Assembly: GCA_001662655.1 (NCBI GenBank)
Contig: KV460257.1
Length of the DNA: 64,000 nucleotides
DNA from: Pseudogymnoascus verrucosus
Lineage: Eukaryota
Reading direction: 5' to 3' (one strand)
Numbering within the stretch: position 1 is the first letter of the stretch; every line of letters begins with the position of its first letter. Shown piece after piece: positions 50,150 to 63,260 of the stretch. A program made the position numbers and the translations under genes. The notes beneath the pieces are model-generated. The model did not search any database and was not told the DNA's origin. It saw only the letters and a list, made by a program, of their open reading frames with translations.

Positions 50150-50713
50150 TGTATGGATTATAGTTCAGGGGGAAACAAATTCTTCGACGAAAACAAAACA
50201 ATTTCTGACTTAGATAACGCCTTAGATTCAATTGTAGAGATAATACGACAATATGGGCCTTTTGATGGAGTCATAGGCTTCAGCTCAGGTGCCTGCATTG
50301 CTGCGTTAATCGCCTCGCTCCTCAAAGAGGGAAGAAAGCAGGCGTTTGAAAAATGGGAATCTAAAAATGGAATGCCTTATCCAAATAGCTTTCTGCGAGA
50401 AGGCAAGTCTGATGGCAAGCACAACGTACTCTAGTCGCCATTGAAATTTGCAGTATGCTACTCCGGGTTCAGCCTCGAACACCCTAAGTATTCAGCATTC
50501 TACCAACTGCAGATTTAAACACCGATACTACATGTCCTAGGTAAATGGGACACAGTTGTTGAGGAACAGCAGTCATTAAGTCTAGCTAGGAAATGTAGAA
50601 GAAAGCCAACACTTTTCTATCATCTCGGCGTTCACTTCGTACCACAACAGAGTTGTTATATTTCAAAGGTCACAAGTTTTATATTAGATGCCTATGTAGC
50701 TAAGATGAATTGA
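50150..50713 (+). pseudogene. FSH1-type serine hydrolase, disrupted
   Basis: GPFDGVIGFSSGACIA, PLKFAVCYSGF, TPILHVLGKWDTVV, HLGVHFVP. Stops at about 50432 and 50516. Confidence 0.82.
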
Positions 50714-50959
50714 AAACATAAGTCATTCAAGGAGTTTTACCCATAATGAGTCATCGTTTGAACAAGCGCAGCTGAAGTGTATATGTGGGTGCTAGGAGGT
50801 AGGAGTTCTATTCAGCTCTAGTCGAGGATTTATTAAATGCGGGCATAGCCTCAATACCCCTACCCCTAGGCTAGATAGTATAAGTACCAATGAATCCCCA
50901 CGTTGAGTCCGGCTCACATCCTCTTTTAACTTTCATCAGACACAAGGTTACTTCACGCC

Positions 50960-51968
50960 ATGTCGTTGCCACTACAACTAAAAGATGTGGATTTGTCTAG
51001 TTCGAGGACTACTATAGAAAACTCTCTAAGGTCTACACTTGGCTTGAATCAAGACCAAGAGCGATCACCGACATCTGATTTGAATCCACACCTAGAGGAA
51101 GAGTCGGTAAATAGTAGCACCATTGACCCTAGCGAAGCGGCAGTAAGTCTTGACAGCAGTGACGCTATAAGGTATCAAAGATTAATAATTACTAGGCTTC
51201 TAGAAACTATGTTATAGTAATAATACTACAATGTTGGTATTCTTCAATTTATTGCCTAACAACCACTAATGCATTCAGCATTAATCGCAATGTTTCAAAA
51301 AAGAGAGCGCAATTTATGCTTCGGCGAAATCCAAAATGAAACAGCCGAATTAGCTGGACAAACTGCGAGTAGGCTAGAGGCCAGCCTTCGTGAGAGCTTC
51401 CACCACAGGAGTCCTACTTTCCTAGCTAACTTCCTCTATAGAATTAACCAGCGAGCTAATAGCATCCGACGTCTAAACGCAAGGCAAGTCATCACCTCTT
51501 CACGCCATCCACACTTCAGGAAAGAAAATTCGGCACTCCATGGTAAGAAACTTGGTTTCTTTATGAAATATAAACCAAAAAAAGCTAATACACCATCTAG
51601 AAACAATCTAGGATCTTTATTAAAAGCTCATTTACAAAATAGGTATGCAGCAAATGCTAAGTAGCTGTCTAATTGTTCATAGGTCAGATGAATTCGCTCC
51701 GTGCAGACTATAACCAACTCTGCATTCACAATACAGGACTTAATGATAAGATTCCTATAATCATCTAGAACGCTTCCATTCTTACTTCCTATAGACAAAT
51801 TAAGAGCTTCGGAATTTGAAATCAGTAAACTGCGCAAGAAGAATGAAGCTCTAAAGACGATACTCTACAAGGTTCTATCTAATGATGGGAATGGAGGAAA
51901 GAAGGGTGGAGATATGGCTAGAAGTGATATCCACGTGAGTGTAGGGGTTAGGGGCAAGTTTAAATAGC
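50960..51968 (+). pseudogene. Unknown protein, RIP-damaged
   Basis: ATG in good context after a TATAA; codon-like frame broken by TAG/TAA runs; putative intron at about 51232-51278. No family recognised. Confidence 0.4.
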
Positions 51969-52149
51969 CAGGCGTAGGTAGGGATTTAGATGGGCTCTCC
52001 GTTTCTTTAATTTTTATATAACGAATCATCAGGTTAGAATAGTAGGAGGCAAATATATTTGTACCGTCTTCCCTTTCGTTACAACGGAGATTTATTAACC
52101 GAGGTCGAAAGGCGTATTTTCAGTGGCCTATGTGTTTGAGAAATACTCA

Positions 52150-53240
52150 CTTTTACAACATTATGCACACTAAATCGGAGTAGCGCAAGCTACAAGTAAT
52201 AATTTCGCTGTTTATGGTTATATTAAATTTTAGCTATTTAGACTCAGCCATTAAATCCCGAATCTCCAGGACCGTCATCTCCTGAGAAACTAACGAGGCA
52301 TCTTAATAAGGAGGGTTTATCAAAACCCAATCTCTCTCTGCAAGTAGCTTCTCTATAGCACATTCGATAGTGATTGTCTAAGTAAGTCTAAGAGCCGAGA
52401 TACAGGATTCGATATCACAAAGGTAGGCCCGTTGACTAATGGACATTCCGTTTCTAGAAAGAACAGCGCTAGCTTCTTTAACATCTGCCGTAGGAATAGA
52501 GAAAGAGTCTTAGGACTGCTCTAGAAGTTGCTTAACATTTGCATCCGTGAGTCCGTGGAGATGTGCCTGCTAGACGTTATAGAGCTAGTTCTTGTCTCTA
52601 AGTGCATTATACTAAGGACCACCGCAATCGAATCCTTGTCTTTCTAGTATAGATAAGGGATCGCTAGTCCGACCCCTCTTTCTCTTCTATGACTTGTCGT
52701 CAGAGGTTTGCTTTAAGGGGACAGTGCCGTGGACTATTACTAAGCAGTCTATTTCTCTATTAACAACATGCAACGCTTATTTAGCTCATTCTTTACCTAA
52801 GAACATCCATTGTCGCTGTGTTTCACTGAGTGAGAATCGGTAGCTAACATCGTCAAGAAGGTCCTAGAAATAGCGGGATGTTGTTATCGAGGAAAGTTAG
52901 AAGTGAGGTAGTCTAAAGAGCAGAAGCGATGTTCTTATAACAACGAGCGGATAATGGCGCAGCTACAAGAGCTCTTCTGAGTCTAGCGGCTTGAAATGAC
53001 TTCAGCCGTCATTAGATGCTCCCCGTCCCCTTTTATGTTCAGTTGGAAAGGGGTTTGCACTGCCGTTGTACTCGATCTTAGCGCTGTCCAAGTGTTTGAG
53101 GTGGAGATACCTTTGAACCGCTCGTATCTCTTTAAAAATGGTAAAGCTAGCTTTCTTGAGATAATAGTTAAGTACTCTTACTAGATGGCAAGGCCAAGAT
53201 AGCTCCGCATCTCATCGGCCCTGTAGGTACATATGGCCAG
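52150..53240 (-). pseudogene. Unknown protein, RIP-damaged
   Basis: Long protein-like frame (EMRSYLGLAI**EYL..LCDIESCISALRL..) with scattered TAA/TAG stops. Limits are approximate. Confidence 0.35.
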
Positions 53241-53529
53241 GTCGGAGGCACTGCCACAGGACGGCTAGCGCAGATGATGTGACTGGAAACGCAAGTCATG
53301 ATGCATGGAGGAGCATATAAAAAGGCGGTCTCCCACTAGTAAAGAGCAATATCCCTCCAAATTGCCTCCTCACCATCCATCGTTTAGATCTGTTACTCAA
53401 TCAACATGGCCCCGTCAACACCGACATTAGAGGGTAGGCAAAGCCAAATCATTGCAGAGGATTGCTCTACAGACAGCACCGATTCCGACTTTGACGGGCT
53501 ATTTTCGCAAAACACCATGTCGGAAGCCA

Positions 53530-53745
53530 CGGGTGGAAATGCATGCACGGCGCTGTGGCAACTGTGCCCAAACTGGACATAATGCGCGCACGTGTCAGGA
53601 GGATGTAGACATGTCTATGCAAGAGGATTCCGAGTAGTTTCAATTGTTATATTTTGTTATGATAGAATTGTTGTGAAGTTTGTTGCGTAGGTGTGTAAAA
53701 GTGTCGCTTTCGCTATGCTGTCGCTTTCGCTATGCATGTACGTTA
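53530..53745 (+). mobile_element. 3' end of a pogo/Fot1-family DNA transposon
   Basis: Transposase C-terminal zinc knuckle RRCGNCAQTGHNARTC and stop at 53637. TIR carries (TGTCGCTTTCGCTATGC)x2 and ends in ACGT followed by TA. Confidence 0.8.
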
Positions 53746-54274
53746 AGCCTTCTCCTTCTTACACTAACGCTAGATGCAGGAGAACAAACGCTGCCAGGTT
53801 AGGCAATAAGGAGATTAGGAAGGACAATCTTTCGATGCGCAGCTGCATTGAAATAATTTAAAAACTCAATGTTAGGAAGGACGCTGTAAGCTAGGCAAAC
53901 TTTGGTACCGACTTGGTGCACTGTCGCTGTGACAGAGAAAGGGATCACAGAAGAAGGAAAAGAGGCTGATAGAGAAAGGGCTTACAGAAGAAGGATAAGA
54001 GGCTCACGCTCACGATCACAAAAGTACGGTGGTCCGAGTGATGGTGATGAAGTCTGATTGAGAGGAGGTGGGTGGCTAGTTAGCTATATATCCCTTATAG
54101 GAGGTCCGTAGCGCCTGCCACGGGACCTGCTCCCCTAGCATGCCCCCTACCCCTAAGGGTCTGTCCGCAGATCCCTGGAAAGTATACGAAAAAAAAAGCC
54201 TGATCGCGGAGCCGAAGAAACGGTGTGCCAAGGGCTCAGAAACAAAGAAAGCGGCGTAGACCGGAGTTGTTGAT

Positions 54275-56350
54275 CTATGTTTCCAATCCAACATATCCGG
54301 TCTCCTTTTCCCTCAACCACTGGACTCCGAAGTCCTTCAGCTTGTACTTTTCAATCTTTCCACTGGCAGTCAACGGCATTTGCAGCACCCAAAAAATGTG
54401 TTTTGGGACTAGCATTTTACTCAATCTCGCCTGCACCCAACCTCTTACAGAATCCTTCGACAGTGATCCCGCAGCCGCACCGTGTTCTTCATTCCCATCG
54501 CCCTTCACAATGATAAATGCAGCAACGACTTCCCCATATATCACATCCGGTAGCCCCACTATACTGGCATTTAAAATCAGAGGGTGCTGAAGGAGAACAT
54601 TCTCGATCTCAGGTGGGTAAATGTTCTCACCACCACGAATGATGATGTCTTTAATGCGGCCTGTGATTCGAATGTATCCATCGGGCTGAATTAAAGCTTC
54701 GTCTCCGGTGCGAAACCAAATCTTCCTCTCCTTTTTTTCGCCAGGACAATTCTCCTCGTTCAAAGCTTCACTTGTTCTACTTTCATCTTTCCAATACCCC
54801 GCCATCACGCAGTAACCGGAGATCAGAAGCTCTCCTTTTTCTCCGTATCGTAATGTACGGGTGGGGTCGTCACGGGAGACAATTTTGGCAAAGGTGTGGG
54901 GAAGCATTCCGCCCACGGTGTTCAGCTTCTGCTCTAGGGTGTCAGACGAGGTTGTCATACAGACAATAGGGGAGGTCTCAGTCAGGCCATAACAGCTCGC
55001 TAAATCCGAAAGGTTGAGCTTCTCGTGGAGAGTGAGTCGCAAGGAAGAAGGGATTGGACTGCCTCCTATGATACCTGTCCGTAAATGGGAGAAATCTTTC
55101 TTTGTAATGAATCTGTAAAATCTCTTGGTTAGTGAATGAACATGAGGTGGGTAGAGGTAAAATAACCCTTGGGAAAGCAATTCCAACTCGGCGAGAAACA
55201 TTGTCGGGACACCATAGAGGGCGGTTGGTCGATCGTTTTCGATTGATCTAAGGACCTCTCTTGCGTCAAATGCTTCTGATGGCAATATGATGCATGCTCC
55301 TTTCGAACTGTCAGTACTTGGTATCTCTACTCACAATCGAATATTTTTTTGAGTGAGTGGGTTGGGCGTTTGTAGAACGAGGAACAAATACCATGTGTCA
55401 TTACAGCCAAAAGGCCAAGGACGAGTCCAAAGCAATGATACAGTGGAGGTGGACAGCACACAATATCCCGTTCAGTTAAGTCCATTCCTCTGCCAACGAG
55501 AAACCCATTATTCAAGATACTCTTGTGACTCAAACAAGCAGCTTTAGGAGCCGATGTAGTCCCAGATGTAAACTGTATGGTAGCAATATCGCTGTTCCTC
55601 AGATGGCCTTGGTTGGGTAATTGTCTACCATGGTTGTCGGAAATGAGCTGATCATAATCTATAGTAGATTTGAATATGGGCTTTTCAACTTGATTTATAG
55701 AGTTCTTTATTAGGAAGACATGCCTGAGAGAGTTGACAGGTAATGGACAAGAATTCAGTTCCCTAGTGCTTCCCAGAAGAGATTCTAGAAGAGGTGCTGT
55801 TGATGTTGGTGGTTTGTATGGTAAAGTGATATCTGTGCTCAAGAAAAGACAGCTTGCTGAGATATGGTTTAGGGCTGAAATCACTTGATCGGGGGTGTAC
55901 GCAGGATTTAGAGGAACAGCAATAGCCCCGATTTTGAAGCATGCATACGAGACCTAGTACCAAAATCAGTCACCAGAAACCATCACACGATATAGGGGAA
56001 AAGCTGACCACAGCGTATGGAATGCCGTTTCCAAGGCTTATCACGACTCGATCCCCTGTTTTGATCTTGAGAGTCAACAGTCCTGTTGCTAAAGCTTCAC
56101 TCTGCTCATCCAACCCCTTGTACGAAAGTTGAGAATTAGGAGTCTTTATTGCAATTCGATCAGGGAAGGCATTGCATATGGCCGAGAATTTTTCACTGAA
56201 GGTTTCCTCCAACAATGCTGGCTTTGATAAATCAGTGTTATGCCAGAAAGAGGCACGGTGGCAGTTACGTACTTCTACAGGTCCAGATATTTGAGCCAAG
56301 GAGTCACTCCTCCAGAATGTGTCTTCATTTCGTGCTCGGCTTAGGGACAT
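54275..56350 (-). CDS. AMP-dependent acyl-CoA synthetase/ligase (ACSF2/4CL-like), multi-exon
   Basis: IQFTSGTTSAPKA, PPLYHCFGLVLG, YGLTETSP, GELLISGYCVMAGYW, FRTGDEA, GRIKDIIIRGGENIYPPEIE, PLTASGKIEK. Confidence 0.9.
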
Positions 56351-57500
56351 TTTGTCTGACAAACTTGCAACAATACAAGGCTGTTTAGAGCAAATAGTTG
56401 TAAGTAGCCGCCTTGGTAATGATCTGAAGCTGACCTTCACTGCCTTGATTAAATTTTGATGAGCTATACAAGTCTATCATTATCGTCGGAGAAGTAGCGA
56501 GCCTTGGTGGGCCATCTTGTGCCAAGTTTTGTTTAGCGCCGTATGTCTCTGTAAGCTCGTTACGAGAACTACTCTCCACATGTACTCGTAATTATCCCTA
56601 AGTCATCATGAGGCCACCTGCCTCAAGGGGTTAGGGGAAACAAGGATCCGTTGGCGTTAAGTTTAGATGGCTTAGTGTGACAGCAGCGGGGCCTTCCTTC
56701 CTTCATTGCTACCTTTTTTGGACTAGGAGAAACACACTAGTTGCATGGCGAAATAAAGGCGAAATTGCAAATTACGAGGTACCAGCCGTGGGAAGAGATA
56801 ACTGATGGACTTTTAGGATTGCTTTCCCATCGATTCAATAAAGTTACCAGGAGGTCAAGATGTCATCTAAGATTCAACGAAGTTCAGGGCTACTTTTCTC
56901 TCTGCTAGCAACTCAATCTCGATCAACTCCGAACCTTGGTTCAAGAAGACAACTTCATGAATTGTAAGGTGCTCTTTCAGGTCAATTTTAAGAATTTCTG
57001 TGTCTAAGGAAAATTACAAGACAAAAGATTGACTTTCATAGCTTGGTGATAGTGAGGGATTCCAGGGATATCCAAGATCTGGGTTTGAAGCCCACTTTCG
57101 CTGGAAGGGTGCTATCGGAGGAGACCAAAGCCCCAAGGACAGTGTTTGCTTGTCAAGCTGCCAGTGTTGAGGCTGTAAAGAAGGCAATGGAGAAAAATGT
57201 ATGGTTGAAATTCAATTCAATATTCGATGCTTCCAACGGACTGTTTTTGAATGCTGATTGTGATCTTAGAGCTCATGTGACTTGTCGACCGTGACGATTC
57301 TGCCGCTTCAAACAGTTCACACAAGTAACTTACAGGAGTCTAAAGAGACAGCTTGGTCGGTATGAGGAATTAGCTATCGAAATGATTATCTAAAGTTGGC
57401 CATTATTTATGAGCCATCATTTTTCTTCATTCTTTCTCTCAAATGATGCAAAACGTCTCGTCAAGTGATTAACATTTAAACCACATATCAAAGCTCCAAT

Positions 57501-59018
57501 CTATTCCTTCTGGGACACGGAGTCAAAACCAGCCCGTAGGCGTTCCGTCAGGTATTCTGCAAAGTTATTTATGATATCCTCCTCAACGCTGCCTTTCTGC
57601 CAAGTCAATGTAATCGTCATTGGCCCCCCCGGAATACTTATGCAGTTGCAACAAAAAACTGGACCAGTCACTGATCCACACTGAGAGACCACTACCTTTT
57701 CCAAACTCAAAGGTGCGCCTTGCAATTTGTCACTCTCAACCACCTCGACATTGCCGAAATTTGACAATTCATAGGTCAACGCTCGCTTCTTCCCCAATTG
57801 ACTCAGTGACGGTCCATACCAATCGTCAATGCCGAACATTCCAGCCCAAACGTTGTTTTTGGGACTTCTAGCCAACTCAGCAGCCATGTGTCGTCGATAG
57901 TCCGTCGCGATGCCGATGATTAGTTCAAGTTCCTGACTTGAGTTTGTGGGAGTGGTGCGGATTGCGCTGGCCAACTCGTCTGGTGAATCAACCACTAAAG
58001 CTGAGGCATGATTGCAAATCTCATCGTCGGCAACTTTTGTTATATGTCGCATGGAATATGGAATGACTGCCCGAAACATGTGCCCAGGAGCAATGGCTCT
58101 AGAGAGGTAGGTGACCAGAAGGCCATGTATCAGTCCAGTCAAAGTAATTTTGCATGACTTGCAGAATTGCAGGACTTTGCCCAATTGTGCTAGGGGAAGA
58201 TTGACTAGGCGGAGACCTGACTCATACTCCTCTATAGATGACAAAAACATATTGGCACCCGACCATATATTTGTGGAGTCGTAATTTATATGAGTGTTGT
58301 CGTTTTCGTCCCTGGCCTGCAAATCGACAACTTCTTCCAAGAGTATGGGACAACGAAGATCCCTGGGTACCTGATATGGCCAGACCAATTCTTCCGGTTG
58401 GGAACTGTTGAAAAAATGAAAAAAAGTCTTGTGGAAGTTTGTATGGCTGAGACCATCGGCAATGGCATGGCTCGCGAGGAAAGCAATGCTGAGTTTCTGA
58501 ACTGATTGGCCTAGCTGCTGAGATTCAGATCCCCATTGACCACCATGTTTGAACACGACAACTCTCCATGCTGGCTTGCAATGTCCTTCTGACAAAATCC
58601 GGGCGTGTGACTTTTCTAAGAGCTTGATGGTTGAAGTGTCATCATCGTTCTGTCTTGCTTCTTCCGGAGTTTGTCCACAGAATTCTGCGACATCTTCCTT
58701 ATAGACAACTTTCAATCTCAGGAAGTGGGCCTCTCTATCCGGAGTCTTGTCCACGATTCCATAGCATAGAGAAGGGTGATATTGCACGGTCTGATACAAT
58801 GCACGATCGAACCGCTCCATGAAGGAAGTGTCTGGATGAGGAAGCCCAGCTGTAGAATAGGTGCATACTGCAAGGGCCGAGGTGCAGCGGTAAAACCCCA
58901 AAACATTTCGGCACGAATAGAATCGTCCTAGGACACCTTTGATGGGCCAAATCAGCCACGAAGTCTGTATGAGATAGAACGAGTAGTTACCCAAATTAAC
59001 AATATCACGTGACTCCAT
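57501..59018 (-). CDS. Alcohol acetyltransferase (AATase/Atf-like)
   Basis: HPSL, PAWRVVV, HAIADGLS (HxxxDG), TLTGLIH, YELSNFG. Probable in-frame 54-nt intron near the start. Confidence 0.82.
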   Translation of the reverse strand: MESRDIVNLGNYSFYLIQTSWLIWPIKGVLGRFYSCRNVLGFYRCTSALAVCTYSTAGLPHPDTSFMERFDRALYQTVQYHPSLCYGIVDKTPDREAHFLRLKVVYKEDVAEFCGQTPEEARQNDDDTSTIKLLEKSHARILSEGHCKPAWRVVVFKHGGQWGSESQQLGQSVQKLSIAFLASHAIADGLSHTNFHKTFFHFFNSSQPEELVWPYQVPRDLRCPILLEEVVDLQARDENDNTHINYDSTNIWSGANMFLSSIEEYESGLRLVNLPLAQLGKVLQFCKSCKITLTGLIHGLLVTYLSRAIAPGHMFRAVIPYSMRHITKVADDEICNHASALVVDSPDELASAIRTTPTNSSQELELIIGIATDYRRHMAAELARSPKNNVWAGMFGIDDWYGPSLSQLGKKRALTYELSNFGNVEVVESDKLQGAPLSLEKVVVSQCGSVTGPVFCCNCISIPGGPMTITLTWQKGSVEEDIINNFAEYLTERLRAGFDSVSQKE

Positions 59019-59724
59019 AACTTCGCGAATTGGGCTGACAGATTGCTGGCGTTTCCTTCGTCTCCGTATTCAAAATCACCAAGTGCTTCTTAAAAAATTA
59101 ACGAAGGCGGCGAATCTAAAATAGGAAGCAGCGCCCGTAGCCCTCTGAAAATTCAAGTGACACTTGGCATACCATGCTGCCCATCTTATCTTTGAATTTC
59201 CCCATTAAAATATCCGGAATCATTCCGATAGAGTTGAGGGGCAAATTTGACTTCACAGCATCAAATATTCTTAGTCCCCCCAGACTTATGCATGGGGTAG
59301 GTCCCTACAAAGGCCACAGTTACGTTACAGGTACGATAGGCTAAGCGTGACGGAGTCATGTACTCAATACTTGATTTGGCAGACTTTCACCTTCCCCTTT
59401 GTGTCGTCGCAGCGCCAAGAGAACGGGTACAAAACAATAATCTGAGGGAATAGGAATACGAGCCTTTTCAAGGGCATTTCGGTACGGCTCGGGCCTACCG
59501 ATCGAGAACATGGAGTTGTGTGGGTTTTGTAGCAATGTGGATCCATACGGCCAACTCACAACACCACCGTGCGTGACACGTCATTGGGAATACGAAAAGC
59601 GACCTGTGAACTCTTGCCGTCCTAGGTCCAAGGAAATTCAACAGACGTCCTCTTCAAAGCATTGTGTATCTCACCAAAGTGCAGAGATACGCCTGACTGT
59701 GTCACGTGCTTGAACTTCCCGAAA

Positions 59725-61441
59725 ATGTCGACAATACTCTACTCTTGGATGAAGACAGTTCTTGCGTTAGGTACAGCAACATGCTTCTGGTTTCTGTTCA
59801 AACTGCTGAGGGAAAGGCGACGGTTTGCAGGCCTAGTGAGTCTTCCCTATGAAATAATTTTCATCTAATAATTTTCATCTACTTACCCGGACAGCCTGGT
59901 CCTCCCCACCACTGGTTATATGGCCATCTCCCGATCATTAAGAAAATTAAAGAAAAGCTTCCAAGTGACGCCCATATAAATCTGCTTCATGCTACTCTGG
60001 CACGCGAGTACAACTTGGGACCAATCTATTATCTTGACCTGTGGCCCTCGTTCGATCCTATGGTCATAGTCCTTGATCCAGCTTTGGCTGCTCAAGCCAC
60101 ACAGCTCAAGAACCTACCAAAACATCCTATGTATAGGTTGATGGAATATACTGTCGGGACGCAAAGCATCATCACGACGACGGGCCAGCAATGGAGGTTC
60201 TGGCGAAAGGTCTTTGACCCAGGTTTTTCAAGCACGCATCTCGCTACTCTTACCCCGATGGTTGTGGAGCGAGTTCAAGTATTTATCAAGAAACTGGAAG
60301 CTCACGTGGAAACTGGGGATGTATTCCCTTTGTTGCCTTTGACCAAGAGCCTCACAATTGATGTGATAGGACGTGTTACAATGGCTTCAGATTTTAATAC
60401 TCAACAACAGTCCAATGAAATCGTGGATGCTTTTTTGCTGATGCCTAAATATATTCCCCCTATGGGCTTTGATCCAATCAGACTTTTGAGCCCGACCAGA
60501 ATCTGGAATGCAAGGCACTATCAAAGAAAGCTAGATAGACTGATTGGAGAAGTTGTTGATCAGCGATTTCGCGAACGGAGAGCGGGAAAAGTTGGACCTT
60601 CTGAAAAGTCTCTTGTGCATCTGGCACTAGACACCTACGAACAGATGGGTGATACTGGAGATGCTAATCTTGTGACGGATCCTGTTTTCAAGAGAAATGC
60701 TATCCACAATATTCGAGGCTTCTTCTTTGCTGGGTAAGTAAACTGTTGTTGAGTAGAGGGTTTGGCAAGGTGCTAATATATGTATCTAGCCATGCGACCA
60801 CTGCAGCTTCATTATGTTACTTGTATTATGTTCTATACAGGAACCCAGATGTCATGCTTCGACTTCGTCAAGAACATGACGAGTATCTCGGAGTGAATCC
60901 GGATGATGCCAGCGCCCGTATCCAAGCAGAACCTACTCTTTTGAAGAGGATGCCTTACACCACAGCGGTCATCAAAGAGTCATTGCGCTTGTTTGTGGGT
61001 GCAGGGACAATGCGGAATGGGGTCAAAGGATTCAGCCTAGTAGATCCAAGCACCAACACTGCGTATCCAACCTACCGGGATGGGCCATTCCCTATTCTAG
61101 TCCGAGCTTTTCCCATCCATCGGAATCCTGCAAACTTTGCGGATCCAGATTTGTTTGACCCTGAGCGCTTCTTGGGAGCGAGAGTAACCACCATGACAAA
61201 GGATGCATACAGACCGTTCGAAAAGGGGTCACGGGACTGTCCTGGACAAGAACTCTCAATGATGGAAATGCGAGTCACACTAGCGCTCACCATACGCATA
61301 TTTAATATTGAGGCAGTGTATCCAAAGGATTCTCCAGAGGTTATGGGAGACCCCGCATATAATGTTATGTATTCGAGTGCTGGTCCAGCTGCTAGCTTAC
61401 CAGTGAGAATCAAGCTCGCAAAGAGAGAGGAGGAAGGATGA
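59725..61441 (+). CDS. Cytochrome P450, 3 exons
   Basis: N-terminal TM followed by PGPPHHWLYGHL; FFAG/HATT I-helix; KESLR (ExxR); FDPERF; PFEKGSRDCPG heme motif. N-terminus resembles StcS/VerA-type P450s. Confidence 0.92.
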
Positions 61442-61802
61442 AGTGGAAGAAATCAGAGGGATCTTCATTGGCGAGAAAGCACGTGGCGAACAGAGAATTG
61501 ACCTCAATTTCGAAGTATATGGCATTTAGCAAGAAGTTTCCAGCCAACTCATTGTTCGTTTTCTCAACGCTTCCCAGTGCCCCATGAATTGACCAATTAG
61601 CACCACATTTAAAGAGGCTTAGTGATATGATTAGCTTAACCGGGATCGGCACTTTATCAAGCGAGCAATTATTCTACTAAAGGAAGCGTTCCACTTTCGT
61701 ATTGTGACTGCACTCGAAACTTACACCTAGTCAATACTTGATAAAATTCAATTCAGAATAAAAAAACTCAAACTGACTTAGGTATCCCTTATCTTATCGA
61801 AG

Positions 61803-63200
61803 ATGGAATACTTTAAGCACATCGAGCTTTCTGAGCTGGATCAGATCATGCCACGGCTGTATGTACGGTGGTTACTCTGCTTTCCTATTTTGAAAGATTC
61901 GCCATCAAAAGAGAGGATCATCGATATTATTAAGTCTGGGGTCAGGACTACTCTAGAGGCACTTCCGATTCTGACTGGCAATGTGGTTCCCAAATCCTCG
62001 GATCCCTCTCGGGTCGAAGTCCGGGTCCCCACCTCTGAGATTAAACGAGACTTCAAATTACAAGTTAAGAGTTATGATGAGGTGGAAGATCCGACCATGC
62101 CAACATACGAGCGTCTGAAGAAAGGCAATTTTCCCGTTTCGGAACTTCCAGATAAGCTTCTTGCTCCTGCCAATACGCCATCGACCCCAGTTTTCGATCT
62201 CCAGGCAACATTCATTCGTGGTGGCTTGCTACTCTGCATCAAGTGTCATCATGCAGTAATTGATGGAGCTGGTTTGGGTTTGGTTATCAAACTCTTAGCC
62301 CAGAATTGCTATCTCCACGCGAACCCTCACATTCCAGGAGAAGCTCCTAGTCTCCCGTCTATGGAACGTTCCGTACTACCCCACGGCTTGAAGGACCCTA
62401 GACTCAATGAACTGGGATTCAATATCTTGGTGGGTTCCAAGGGCACCGAAACTGCTGCCATTAAAGAATATGAACCCATGACCTCTCATATCTTCAAGTT
62501 TTCGGCAAATTCACTTCGGCAGCTCAAAGCTGCGTGCATTACCAGCTCTGTCAACTTCACTTCCCATGATGTCCTGACTGCACTACTGTATAGTGCTGTC
62601 TCTTATGCCAGGTCACTTCGCCTGTCAAAAATCTGTGACCAGAGATCTAGTGTTCCTTCTACCATGGGCATTGCAGTAAACGGGCGACGCCGTCTGAAGC
62701 CACCCATGGCCGGTTACGCTGGAAATCTCACCCTCTACGCTGCTTTCTCAAGCCCACTATCGTTACCCTGCGACCCAATACCAAGTGAAAAATCGACAGA
62801 TATCACTTATCTCTCAACTAGGCTCAATCTTCCATATCTAGCCAGTCAAACCCACGCCACCGTAGCCTCGGTGACGGAGCCCTACATCTTGTCTACCATG
62901 GAACTCGCTTCTTCTCTCTCAGATGTCTCAAAACTGGTCCCATCATTCTCAGATTTCTACCAAGGGACGGACTTTTTCATTACCAGTGGTGCTGACCTAC
63001 CCGTCTTTGATCATGAATGGTGGCCTGGCGGATTCGTGGAGGAGATGAGAATACCATTGAAGGCTCAGTGGGATGGGTCGTGTGCTGTGCTCGCAACAAA
63101 AGATAAGAGTACTGGATTAGATGTGCTACTTGGGTTGAGGGAAGATGATATGCTCGTTGCAAAGCGTATTTTGTTTGCATTTGGTGCCTATATTGTTTAG
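61803..63200 (+). CDS. Tri101-like / BAHD-type acyltransferase
   Basis: LSELDQIMPRLY, LPILTGNV, QATFIRGGLLL..HHAVIDG (HxxxD), AVNGRRRLKPP..YAGN. Single exon. Confidence 0.85.
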   Translation: MEYFKHIELSELDQIMPRLYVRWLLCFPILKDSPSKERIIDIIKSGVRTTLEALPILTGNVVPKSSDPSRVEVRVPTSEIKRDFKLQVKSYDEVEDPTMPTYERLKKGNFPVSELPDKLLAPANTPSTPVFDLQATFIRGGLLLCIKCHHAVIDGAGLGLVIKLLAQNCYLHANPHIPGEAPSLPSMERSVLPHGLKDPRLNELGFNILVGSKGTETAAIKEYEPMTSHIFKFSANSLRQLKAACITSSVNFTSHDVLTALLYSAVSYARSLRLSKICDQRSSVPSTMGIAVNGRRRLKPPMAGYAGNLTLYAAFSSPLSLPCDPIPSEKSTDITYLSTRLNLPYLASQTHATVASVTEPYILSTMELASSLSDVSKLVPSFSDFYQGTDFFITSGADLPVFDHEWWPGGFVEEMRIPLKAQWDGSCAVLATKDKSTGLDVLLGLREDDMLVAKRILFAFGAYIV

Positions 63201-63260
63201 ATCATTTTGTGGGTCTAATAAAACGCTTTTAGGAGGCGTAAAGCAAACTTATTTCTAAAT

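Noticed and set aside
1..53745. Starship captain (DUF3435 tyrosine recombinase) or element boundary
   Set aside because: No such ORF or convincing terminal repeat was recognised in the window.
59205..59235. CCGGAATCATTCCGA as a Zn2Cys6 site in the divergent promoter
   Set aside because: A single imperfect palindrome; I did not find it in the other cluster promoters.
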